A stretch of DNA of 64,000 nucleotides from Sphaerodactylus townsendi (lineage: Eukaryota). Made by a program: the position numbers and the translations under genes. The stretch lies in NCBI RefSeq assembly GCF_021028975.2, contig NC_059430.1, positions 3,906,001 through 3,970,000 on the forward strand. The letters run 5' to 3'. How positions within the stretch are numbered: position 1 is the stretch's first letter; each line of letters opens with the position of its first letter. A model generated the notes under the pieces. That model did no database searches and was not told the origin of the DNA. It saw only the letters and a program-made list of their open reading frames with translations. This document shows positions 1 through 10,855 of the stretch, one piece after another.

Positions 1-145
1 TACCAGGTTCAATTCCCAGCGTGGCCAGTTAAAACTACCAGGCAGCAAGTTATGGGAAATCTCTTTCTCTGCCTTGGAGAGATGCTGCCAAGTCTGAGCA
101 GATGACAAGGACCTTGATGAACCCAGTGGGTCCGATTCAGGAAAC
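1..145 (+). mobile_element. Squam3-like tRNA-derived SINE fragment (5' truncated by window edge)
   Basis: B-box-like GGTTCAATTCCC followed by a body resembling squamate Squam SINEs (ggagagatgctgccaagtctgagcaga...gaccttgatg); recognised from memory. Confidence 0.5.
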
Positions 146-532
146 TGGGCACAGCAACAACACGCGTTTGTGTATTCAAGGCGAAAGACTAAAGGGTTTG
201 GAGATTTTCTTTTGAAAAAAGAAATGACACAGGGAAGTATGGCAGAGGTTAATAAAATTAGGCAGAGAAAGTAGGCAGAGGGGGCAGTTTCCTCTACTCC
301 CCTAAGAATCAAATAATAACTCCAAAAAAGAACTAACCAGCACCAAATTCAGAATGCACCAAAATAATTATTTTGACGCATATAATGTAGAACGAATTTA
401 TGGAATTTGCTGACACACAAGTCAACTGTGGCCCCTCCCATGGGTGAATTTTTAAAGGGCATTCTGAACAAAACAAAAAACCCTGATAAGGTGTAGCTAC
501 AAAGCTTTGAGCCCTGATCATTATATAGAACC

Positions 533-922
533 GCAAATATATACAGTCAAACCAATACTGAAAGATAGGAGGCCAGCCAAGCCTAAAAAACAAGGACTGT
601 ATATATAGGGAAACAAGGCAATGAGGTATAAGCAGTTAGTTTGAGTGTAATTTCAACAGATACTTCATAAACCATTCATAAAGATTATTCATAAAGATAT
701 ATTGTGGTTATTTAACTGGATAGAAAGGTAATAAACACACATATAATGTCATGGCTTGGCATTGTCCATGAGGCACAGGAAACCTGCAATAAAAGTCATA
801 TTGCGTTTCAGTCAAATGAAAAGGAGTCAGTATCTCAAAAATTTAAATGAATCAAAAATATTAAGATGAGTTGTGGTGGTTGTGTAACAGCTCCAGCAAA
901 TGATGATGAAACTTGTGATTAA

Positions 923-972
<50 letters not shown>

Positions 973-1007
973 TCCTTGTTTTTTAGGCTTGGCTGGCCTC
1001 CTATCTT
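533..1007. mobile_element. Unclassified insertion with 15-bp flanking duplication and 49-bp internal inverted repeat
   Basis: TCATTATATAGAACC at 518-532 and 1008-1022; 559-607 is the reverse complement of 962-1010. Confidence 0.6.
924..969. repeat. (TA)n microsatellite
   Basis: Pure TA run. Confidence 0.95.
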
Positions 1008-2441
1008 TCATTATATAGAACCTCCATGTTTAGAGATAGTTGGTCTCTGATGAATGCTGATTGTCAGGCAGGGTAGCTAACACAGGTTGCTGACTCGGTG
1101 GGATGGGCAGAGAGTGGCCAAGAAGAGCCTCTTCTCACCTCTGCTTCAGCCCAGGTCATTTTGTCTTGGAAAAGTCCATAGCAGCGGCCTTGGTAGGACG
1201 CCCATCCTCCAGGGCATGACGACGCTTCCACACCTGCTCAACGAAAAGGGTAAAAAATGGGCAGGGGGAAATAATGTATGAAATGATTGTGACTCTGCAG
1301 AAAGAGATGGGATGTGAGGACAGGAGGGAGACCTTGAGTGCCAGGACATTGGCCAAGAATCCTTGTTTTCAGAGTAGTCAGTGGTTTCTCCTCCAGAACC
1401 AGAAAATCAATTCATTGGTTGTGTCTAGAGCAGGGCGGGGCAGCATGGTACCAATGGGCACCATCTCACCCACCAGTACTTCCCAGCATGGTACCAATCA
1501 GGCATGCATCTCACCCCGCCAATTACTTTTCCTGTAAGCCTGCTGGGGTAGTTTTTTTTAGAAGGGTGGGTGGAGAGCCTCATTGCTTATGAGGTATTCT
1601 GATTGGCCTCTGAAGAGCCAATCGGCTACGTAGATTCAAACACTGTTCTTCAGTGGCTTTCCCTAGCTCCACCTCTGCTGTTGTTTCAGTGGAGAATTTG
1701 TGCCCCCCACCCCATCCCAGATCCAGGGATCCCTGGTTTAGAGGCCTGCTTTTAAAGCTGCTCCCCTTTATCGCTTGCATCCATCGGAACGGAATCCTAC
1801 ATCAGATGTGTTTTTCTGGAACCCTCCTGTGAGTGAGAGATCCTACAAACATGCTTATGGGACTGCCCCTGAGAAGGGAAGGAAGGATTCTACCAGAGAC
1901 CCAAGTTCTGAGATCTCTGGGAATGACTACCAAATATTGTGAACAAAAGAGGCAAAAAATGTTAAGTGAAATTTGCTGGGTTGGGTCTAGAGTTCACCAG
2001 AAACTTAACTCTTTGGGCCTGGGACCAGCGATCAGGAAACCCACAGAGAGCCAAGGGGACATTAGGAAGGAGGCCCATGCTCTTTCTTCCAGTCCCTGTG
2101 GAGAAACAAAGGCAAGGGGATGTAAAGGGAGGGAGGCCGAGAGAGACTCAGGTGGTAGCTGGATAGCAACGGGACTCTGCCAGCGATCCACAGGTGCCAA
2201 ATCCAGGAGCAGACAAGCAGAGACCTTCCAACCCTGGCAGAGGAACCTAGCATTGCAAACACGGCTCCTGTGAAGATAGCCTAACAGAAAGAGAAAAGAT
2301 GGTTTTGTATATCCTACTGGAGTCTTGGCTTCCAAGCCTCCTTTTCAGTTCCTCTCCCCTCAGCAGGCCACCCAGTGTGGTCAGGTGGGAACAGAGAGGA
2401 GTTTAATAAGAAGGTTCTTAATGACCACAGCCCAAGGTCAC

Positions 2442-2694
2442 NNNNNNNNNNNNNNNNNNNNNNNNNNNNNNNNNNNNNNNNNNNNNNNNNNNNNNNNNNN
2501 NNNNNNNNNNNNNNNNNNNNNNNNNNNNNNNNNNNNNNNNNNNNNNNNNNNNNNNNNNNNNNNNNNNNNNNNNNNNNNNNNNNNNNNNNNNNNNNNNNNN
2601 NNNNNNNNNNNNNNNNNNNNNNNNNNNNNNNNNNNNNNNNNNNNNNNNNNNNNNNNNNNNNNNNNNNNNNNNNNNNNNNNNNNNNNNNNNNNNN
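2442..2694. other. Assembly gap (other gaps: 13328-13418, 33330-33475, 47240-47382, 54732-54971)
   Basis: Runs of N. Confidence 0.99.
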
Positions 2695-3051
2695 TGCCAT
2701 TCCCTCCTGTAAAGGACCTCTCAGCACCAGCCTGACTAGTAGTAGAGAAAGAAATCCCCGTTTTCAGTTCTAGTCCTGTGCAGCACCAAGGAATTAGGAT
2801 TACTAAAAAGAAAAGTTAATTTGGGCCCTCCCCCCATCCCACGGTGTCCAGATTCCTCTATCTTGGATGCTCACAGTGGCCACTAATCTAAAGGTCACAG
2901 CAACCGCAGGGAGTCCACTTTCACAATGGAAATCTCCGATGCTGAACTCCAGCGAAAAGGAAACACTCGCCCTTGAGCACCAAGGCTCAGGGGGAGCAGG
3001 GCTGGCACTCACCTGTCTCTCTATCCTCCCGGTTAACCTGTCGAGCTGATA

Positions 3052-3512
3052 ATTCAGTCGCCCACCTGTGCAAATGACAACGTTTGCTGGGGCTTTTATA
3101 GGCTGTATTTGTGGGTGGGTCAATTTCTTTGGAAAATTTACAGTAAAGTAAACTCTGAGATCTGGCCTATCTTTGAGGAAGTATTTTGCATATACGCTGA
3201 TAAAAAATATTTACCTTGAGAAAACACAAAGTGTATTTAGAGGGTTGTGTATTGAGGGTACGTGTTGAAAGTGGGGGGGGAAGGGGGGAGACTGGAGCCG
3301 TTGCGCCGGCACCAAAGCATCAGACGCCACCAGTCACACCGCTGAAGACACGGGGAGCCATTGGAACCAGCCAGATCAGGGGAGGTGTGGGGCTGGACAG
3401 AGAGTGGGCAACAATGGGTTTCTGGGGCCTATAACACCCCCCCCCCCATAGATTGATGGGGAGGTGGTTGGGCCAACAGTGGGGCCTCCCCATTGGACAG
3501 CCACTTAATAAG
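3052..3512. repeat. 461-bp dispersed repeat, copy 1 (unclassified, promoter/LTR-like)
   Basis: Near-identical to 5460-5920; TATAAAAG on the minus strand at about 3093-3100. Confidence 0.85.
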
Positions 3513-3986
3513 AACATAAGAACATAATCAGCCTCCTCTGGGAGTTTTGGAGCTTTGACCAGGGTTGTTCTGACAAAGGGAGCATTTCATTCTCTCTCAT
3601 GATAGTGCTCTATGGGTTGAACCACAGATTTTGCTGGCACAGCTTTGCAGTGGGGAAAGGGGGTGATCCCACGTCCAGACCAGGAGCAGGGCAGAGACTC
3701 TGGCCCACCGCGGCCACTGCAGATACGCGGCACTGCTGCACAGCTGCTCTGCAGCAACATGGCTGGTCCTTGTCCTACGTTACTGCCTCTCATGCCAACG
3801 TTACGGCTACTTCCGCCGGTGTTTCGAGCATTCCACACCCTCTGTCCTTTCCCCTCCCCTTTCAGGATGGCCTCCTAAACTCTTAACGATCAGCCTCTAC
3901 ATCCCAAGTCAAGAAGAAAGCTCCCTTTATGCTTTGTGTGTTATTTGTGGGTCCGGCATACTTCATTGGACCTTTTAAGCAATATT

Positions 3987-4768
3987 GTGCCTTTCCCTAC
4001 TTACCTCTTTTTGCGTGCCACCCCGCAGCTATCCCGTGTAGAAAAGCCTCCGCAGCTTTGGAGCACGGAGAACTTGTTCCCCACTCATTTGCCATTCACG
4101 AAATAATGTGGGGTCCCAGAGCAAGTGTCCCGCGGCAATCGAGCCTTCTGATTGGCTGAACTAGAAAAGAAAGTTCGCGCATGCACAAAGCGCACGCAGC
4201 TCCCCGCTGCGGCCTGATTGGACTGAAAAGTGAAAGCAAAAATCAGTTCCGTTTTCCACTGCCTATGTTCTCCACAACCCCGGGCACTCAGCGGCACTTT
4301 GCCGTGAATGGGCGCTGCAAAGCTGCAAAGCTGTGGAGCTCGAGCAAAGGGAGCAATGTTGGGACGTTGCCTTGCGCACGCATCTCAATTGTCGCGGTTT
4401 TTGCATTGTAAAAGAAATGTTGCCTCGTGTCTACGTCAGCACATAGCTTCATGTCGCGTAATTTCTGACGGGGACACCCTCCCTAAACAAAATGGAGGAG
4501 CCTGTTGCCTGATTGGCCGGAAGGCTGTGCGTCACAGCGAATCAACCACGCGCAAACAGCCGAGGTTCCCCACCCCCCCGCGGCCAGCGCGGCGTTTTTG
4601 AAAATGTTGCTGTTCGAAGAGGAGCTAATTTGACGCGCGCCAAGGAGGTGGGAGAGCAGCAGATTCGGGGCAGCTGCGCTGTGGCCGCTGGTGCGGTAGG
4701 GAACGTCGAGGATCCCCGTGTCTTTTCAAGAGGTTACCCCGCGGCATATGGTGAGTGGGGAAAGGCCC
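3987..4768. mobile_element. PIF/Harbinger-type non-autonomous DNA transposon (CpG-rich)
   Basis: TIRs G(T/G)GCCTTTCCC(T/C)ACT(T/C)ACC; 3-bp TSD ATT at 3984-3986 and 4769-4771. Confidence 0.75.
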
Positions 4769-4884
4769 ATTGTCTCTTGTGACAGGCAGCAGTTCTCCAA
4801 GCTCACAAGATCTATCTGATGACGTGACCTCTGACGCTTGAAAGCTGAAACCCTGGACGTCCTGTTGGTCTGCACAGTACAACT

Positions 4885-6683
4885 GGAGAGCCAGCGTGGT
4901 GTAGATTGAATAACTGTGGATGCTAATCTGGAGAACTGGGTTTGCTTCCCCTCTCCTCCACTTCACAAGCAGAGTCTTATCTAGGGAACTGGATTTGATT
5001 TCCCACTGCTCCAGCTGACCAATGGATTCTGGAGAACCAAGTTTGATGCCCTGATCCTCCACTTGACAAGCAAACCAGGTTTGCTTCCCCTCTCCTCTTC
5101 TTGATCAATGGCCTGTTATCTAGAAAATTAGGTTCAATTCCCCCCTTCTTGGCTTGGCAGTGGACTCTTATCTAGAGAACCGCGTTTGATTCCCCTCTCC
5201 TACACTTGGCAAGCAGAGTCTTATTGGGAGAACTGGGTTTGCTTCCACTCTCCTCCACTTGACCAGTGGACTCTGATCTGGAGCATTGAGTTTGCCTCTT
5301 TTCTACTCCATTTGACCAGTGGACCCTTATCTAGAGAACCGGGTTTGATTCCCCTCTCCTCCACTTCACAAGCAGAGTCTTATCTAGGGAACTGGATTTG
5401 ATTTCCCACTGCTCCAGCTGACCAATGGATTCTGGAGAACCAGGTTTGTTGTGAGGATCATTCAGTCGCCCACCTGTGCAAATGACGACGTTTGTTGGGG
5501 CTTTTATAGACTGTATTTGTGGGTGGGTCAATTTCTTTGGAAAATTTACGGTAAAGTAAACTCTGAGATCTGGCCTATCTTGGAGGAAGTATTTTGCATA
5601 TACGCTGATAAAAAATATTTACCTTGAGAAAACACAAAGTGTATTTAGAGGGTTGTGTATTGAGGGTACGTGTTGAAAGTGGGAGGGGGAAGGGGGGAGA
5701 CTGGAGCCGTTGCGCCGGCACCAAAGCATCAGACGCCACCAGTCACACCGCTGAAGACACTGGGAGCCATTGGAACCAGCCAGATCAGGGGAGGTGTGGG
5801 GCTGGACAGAGAGTGGGCAACAATGGGTTTCTGTGGCCTATAACACCCCCCCCCCATAGATTGATGGGGAGGTGGTTGAGCCAACAGTGGGGCCTCCCCA
5901 CTGGACAGCCATTTAATAAGTGAAGTCGGCCCGTGGTCAGCGCAAGGAATAGGCGAGACGCAGCGATATCATCCGGTGGAGAGAAGCCAGCGGCAGGAAG
6001 CGTGATCCGTGGATCTGGCGACTCTGCTGTAACTCTGGTCCCTGGCATTTGATTTCCCACTTCTTGGCTTGACAGTGGACTCTTATCTAGAGAACCGTGT
6101 TTGATTCCCCTCTCCTACACTTGACAAGCAGAGTCTTATTGGGAGAACTGGGTTTGCTTCCACTCTCCTCCACTTGACCAGTGGACTCTGATCTGGAGAA
6201 TTGGGTTTGCCTCCTTTCTACTCCATTTGACCAGTGGACCCCTATCTAGAGAACAGGGTTTGATTCCCCTCTCCTACACTTGACAAGCAGAGTCTTATTG
6301 GGAGAACTGGGTTTGCTTCCACTCTCCTCTACTTGACCAGTGGACTGCTATCTGGAGAACTGAGTTTGCTTCTTTTCTTCTCCATTTGACCAGTGGACCC
6401 CTATCTAGAGAACCGGGTTTGATTCCCCTCTCCTACGCTTGACAAGCAGAGTCTTATCTGGAGACGTGGGTTTGATTCCCCGCTCCTCCGCTTTACAAAA
6501 AGACTCTTATCTGGAGAAACAAATTTAGTTCCCCATTCCTCCATTCAAAGCCTCCTTGGGTCAGTCACAGTTCTCTCAGGACTCTCTCAGCCACACCACC
6601 CTCACAGAGTGTCTTTTTGGGGGAAGGAGTTTGTAAGTTGTTTAGCGACTCCTTAAAGTTGAGAAAAGCAGGGTATAAATCCA
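4885..6683 (+). repeat. Sauria-type SINE with its B-box segment amplified into a ~53-bp minisatellite (159-bp higher-order unit), interrupted by 5450-6046
   Basis: SINE head GGAGAGCCAGCGTGGTGTAG at 4885; repeated ATCTGGAGAAC(C/T)GGGTTTG(A/C)TTCC; ATCTAGAGAA recurs at 6085, 6244, 6403; SINE tail ...GGGTATAAATCCA at about 6683. Confidence 0.8.
5460..5920. repeat. 461-bp dispersed repeat, copy 2
   Basis: Near-identical to 3052-3512; lies inside the SINE-derived minisatellite. Confidence 0.85.
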
Positions 6684-7543
6684 CACTCCGCACATTTTCT
6701 TGAAAGTAGCTATTCTACAGAGGACCAACATGGTGACCCTCTGAAAAAGGGTCTCAACGTCTTCCTGCAAGATATTTCTTAATTGGAGAAGCCACGCAGA
6801 ATGGATCTGGGAACACTTGCTAGCTCAGCTCATTTCCCATTGGCCAGTGGTGATCAGCTGGCCAATTAAGTGACAGGCTGACAATATGCTACCTTTTGAT
6901 GTTGACTCACATGAAAGAGCTTTGATCTATTTAAAATATTGATATACTGTGCTTGTGATGTCTTTTCCTGGAAGCTTTGCCGCCTCCCAGATGTTTTGAG
7001 ATGGCGAAGGGGGCGAGATTAGAAGCCCAGATGGTTTCCCTTCTTCCCACTGCAAGCTGTGAAGTTGGGCTGCAGAAACATGGAGAGAAAGGACTCTTTT
7101 TCTTGGCCCATTTGTTGCGGGAAGCACAGGTGCATCCCTTCTCTCTCCGCTAATCTTGGGGGAGAGGTGGGCATCTCTTTCTCCTATCTCTGTTTCAGCT
7201 TCACAGTATAGGTGTCTTCCTGCAGATCACAGCAGGACTCCCAACCACGGAGTTGACTTCTAAACAAAAGGTCGCTCGAAATTGTTCCGCAGGTGTTGAG
7301 CTACATGATGCAGTCTGAACCTATCCCCCATCAGCTCATGGTCCGATTGTGAGCGTTCAGCAAGGTATGCTAGACTCCCAAACAGGTTCTCTGAGGAATT
7401 CCTGGCATCCTTACTACAGCTTGAACCTGAGGGTTTGGGCATGCTGGACATAAGCCCTGACAGAGAGACATAGCCCTGCCTCAATGTGGGATTCATCTCT
7501 TCTGCATTCAGGGTAGCAACATGAGGGTTTGGTGCAGTGCAGA

Positions 7544-8078
7544 TGTAACCCCCATGCTCAGAATGGGTTGACCCAGAAAGGGGTGGAGACTCAAAGCAGC
7601 AGAAGGCTGCAGAGCTCATGTAGTTTGGAGGAGACAAGGCTACCAGACTCGGACCTTGGTTTGTATAAGCCCTGAACACCTTGTTAAGGTAACTGCAATG
7701 TTGTTGGGAACTACTGGGAAGGTGGTAGTTTATTTTTGCTATGTTGTAAATGTTGGAGTTTATTGTTTCAGGGTTTCTTTTTAATGTTTGTAATGGGCGA
7801 GAGTTCTCCTGGAAACCTTCATCGTGTTGAATCCTGTCCACCAAGCCCTTGGAGTCTTCAGGAGCCAACCCCCTTGCAAAGAAGAACTGGACTTGGCAAT
7901 ATCAGAAGACTGTAACTAGAAGGACTTGAAAATGCAACCTGAACAGGACCTTGAAGTGTGATGTTAAATGTTGATGTTATATGTTATATGTTAAGAAAGT
8001 AAACCATTTTGTTTTTTTAAATTTGTTGTTGCAAACTCATTCCAAGTTCTGCCCCACAGAACCCACAGGCAGAAGTAC
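7544..8078. mobile_element. Solo LTR, same family as 52782-53324 (opposite orientation)
   Basis: Starts TGTAACCCCCATGCTCAG; aligns over its length with the reverse complement of 52782-53324; right end degenerate. Confidence 0.75.
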
Positions 8079-8494
8079 TCCAAAGAGCTCAGTCCTCAGC
8101 TGGGCTCAGCTCTCCCTGGAGCATGCACACACTGAGCTAGAAGCCCTTCATCCCATTAATGTAGACATTGAGAATGAGGGAAATATTTTGCACATGCTCT
8201 GGAGTCCTTCTTGGGGGCAAGCCTGAATAAATTCCATCAAATTATTAAGCATATAGAGGAACAAGCCCTGCTGGGAAAGAACCAAGACTAAGACCGAAAA
8301 TTAACACAGCAAGAGGCGTCATAAGGGGACTGGCAGAATCGGAAAAGGTTACACAGCAAAAGAACATTTGTTTGGACAAATTTATAAACTATTATTTGAA
8401 GGTGATACAGAACAAGTAACAGTCAAAACTTCCAAAGGCTGTTACTACATGAAAATCTTATAAATGAACTCAGAAGCAAATAAAAGCAATACAA

Positions 8495-8750
8495 ATTTAT
8501 TTATTTATTTATTGGTTGGTTGGATGTATAGGCCGCCTCATCCTCGAAGGGCTCGAGGCGGCTCACAACATACTATACACCCACAATCCATAAATACATA
8601 ATAACAGTCTCATTAAAACAAATCATTAAAATATCAATTAATGTAAGAGCAGCAGCAATTTACTTTAAAACTAAATAACAAAATTAAGACAAGCAAATTA
8701 ACAACAACAACAAACAATAAATGAAATATAAATGATGGTGTGAAATATGT
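8495..8750 (-). mobile_element. L2-type LINE 3' end fragment
   Basis: (TTTA)n tail with the GCCGCCTC...GAGGCGGC stem-loop, as in the 18747 and 53595 copies. Confidence 0.6.
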
Positions 8751-8902
8751 GTTAAAATGAGATTTCTTACCCACCAAATGCTAACCTCTAAGCATGTAAT
8801 TTTCATTCTATTGGAGTTAATTTGTCTTGGATTTTCTTAGAAGCCATGTCAAACAGCACCACATTACAGGAAATTGAGGGATTTGCGTCTGATAACCAAT
8901 AC

Positions 8903-9015
8903 CAGGGGTAGGGAACCTGCGGCTCTCCAGATGTTCAGGAATTGGCCATGCTGACAGGGGCTGATGGGAATTGTAGTTCCTGAACATCTGGAGAGCCGCA
9001 GGTTCCCTACCCCTG
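8903..9015. mobile_element. hAT-type palindromic MITE
   Basis: TIRs CAGGGGTAGGGAACCTGCGGCTCTCCAGATGTTCAGGAA; same family as 46245-46392. Confidence 0.85.
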
Positions 9016-9292
9016 CAATAGACCAATCCTTCTGTAACAGACTGAAGATTTTTACCTATAAGTAATTTGCGTAAGCATTTAAGCCTCAACAAGAAAAAAA
9101 ACTATCTCAGAACAAGTGAAAACGTGCATGGTCAGATGGATGCAAAACTTTGAAGAAACAACTTTTCACCAATGGGAAACCTTAAGCAAGGACGGTATCA
9201 CATGTATTGCCATTAAGAGCAAACTGGGACAAGATGTTGTATTGATGGTACATCATCCCAAAGGATATGAACAAGATGGACTAGAAGTGGGC

Positions 9293-9790
9293 CAGCAGTG
9301 GGCCAGAAAGGGCTGAGGAGCTTGACAGAGGGCTTTTCTCAAAGCCACATCTTTTAAACAGTGTATTTTAAACAGGGGGTTTCTCTTTTTTTCTCCTTGT
9401 CCTAGGGCTGCTGATTGGTGGAAGCTGCTGAAGGGTGGGGCTTCTCACATTTGTAAATCTTTTCAGTTAGTGCTGAAGGGGTGGGGCTTCTCACATTTTT
9501 AAATCTTTTCAGTTAGTCTCTGGAACCAGCAGAGAAGAGGAGCAGTGGAGGACAGCAGTGGGCCAGAAAGGGCTGAGGAGCTTGACAGAGGGCTTTTCTC
9601 AAAGCCACATCTTTTAAACAGTGTATTTTAAACAGGGGGTTTCTCTTTTTTTCTCCTTGTCCTAGGGCTGCTGATTGGTGGAAGCTGCTGAAGGGTGGGG
9701 CTTCTCACATTTGTAAATCTTTTCAGTTAGTGCTGAAGGGGTGGGGCTTCTCACATTTTTAAATCTTTTCAGTTAGTCTCTGGAACCAGC
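9293..9790 (+). promoter_or_regulatory. CR1 5' tandem monomers (about 1.9 x 260 bp), putative internal promoter
   Basis: GGCCAGAAAG recurs at 9301 and 9561; each unit has CTGATTGG (inverted CCAAT) and two GGGTGGGGC boxes. Confidence 0.7.
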
Positions 9791-9923
9791 GGCGCGCGCC
9801 TAACGGCGCGCGCAGGTGTTTTACTAAATAAAAACATATTTTAAGGGATAGTAGAAGGTATAGAAACCTTAAGAGGGAGGCACTAATTAAAATTAGTATT
9901 TGAATATCTAAACAAAATTAGAT

Positions 9924-10826
9924 ATGAAGACAGGAAGCCAGCAGGGGGATGGGGGCTTTCCAGTGTTTTGCACTGAGTGTCGCATGTATGACTATCTGCC
10001 ACTAGGGCAGAAGTCGTGGGTGTGCCCTCGCTGCAATGAGTTCCTGGCACTCAAGGAACATGTGCGTTCTCTTGAAGCCAAGGTGGCAGACCTGGAGAAG
10101 CTGAGAGAGGCAGAGAGGGCAACAAACGAGGCTTTCGGGGACCTAGCAGCCAGGTCCCACTCCCAAGGTGACATCTCTTCAGATGTCATGGAGAATGAGA
10201 GTCTGGGTGACGGAGGGTGCCAGTCTGAGGTGGTGGAAGATGCTCCCTTAGATGGGACCCCTTCCTTAGCTGGTGGTCAGATATCCTCTCGCACTGAGGA
10301 TACCCCTCGGGGAGGTGGGGGGCTCCTTGTAGTGGGTGATTCGATCATTAGGAATATAGAGAGTTGGGTTTGTGACAGGCGTGATGACCGCATGGTGACT
10401 TGCCTGCCTGGTGCGAAGGTTGCGGATGTCACGCTTCGTCTAGATAGGCTGTTAGACAGTGCTGGGGTGGAGTCAGCAGTTGTGGTCCACATTGGTACCA
10501 ATGACATTGGGAAATGTAGCCGGGAGGTTCTGGAAGCGAAATTTAGGCTGCTAGGAAAAAGGTTAAAATCCAGGACCCCCAAGGTGGCATTCTCCGAAAT
10601 GCTACCTGTTCCACGCGCAGGGAGAGCTAGGCAAGCGGAGATACAGGGTCTCAATGCGTGGATGAGAAGGTGGTGTAAGGCAGAGGGTTTCAGCTTTGTC
10701 AGGAACTGGGGAACCTTTTGGGATAAGGCAGGCCTGTACAAAAGGGACGGGCTTCATCTTAACCAAAGAGGAACCAGGCTGCTGGCGCTCAACGTTAAAA
10801 AGGTGGCAGAACAGCTTTTAAACTGA
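9924..10826 (+). CDS. CR1 ORF1p: CxxC..CxxC zinc finger, coiled coil and SGNH/GDSL esterase, 300 aa
   Basis: CTEC...CPRC, heptad stretch LKEHVRSLEAKVADL, esterase blocks GDSII, HIGTND, DGLH. Confidence 0.93.
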   Translation: MKTGSQQGDGGFPVFCTECRMYDYLPLGQKSWVCPRCNEFLALKEHVRSLEAKVADLEKLREAERATNEAFGDLAARSHSQGDISSDVMENESLGDGGCQSEVVEDAPLDGTPSLAGGQISSRTEDTPRGGGGLLVVGDSIIRNIESWVCDRRDDRMVTCLPGAKVADVTLRLDRLLDSAGVESAVVVHIGTNDIGKCSREVLEAKFRLLGKRLKSRTPKVAFSEMLPVPRAGRARQAEIQGLNAWMRRWCKAEGFSFVRNWGTFWDKAGLYKRDGLHLNQRGTRLLALNVKKVAEQLLN

Positions 10827-10855
10827 TCCTTGGGGGAAAGCCGACAGGAGCTGAG

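Noticed and set aside
2314-2773. ORFs spanning N-runs (also near 33.3, 47.2 and 54.7 kb)
   Set aside because: Artefacts of assembly gaps
4922-6545. CRISPR-like periodic repeats
   Set aside because: Vertebrate DNA, no unique spacers and no cas genes; the unit is SINE-derived
7260-7868. 202-aa minus-strand ORF
   Set aside because: Non-ATG start, crosses the solo LTR boundary, no motifs
9350-9376. TTTAAAC heptamers within the CR1 monomers
   Set aside because: Non-coding context with no frame relationship; they show the heptamer can occur by chance, so only the phased ORF1/ORF2 site is reported
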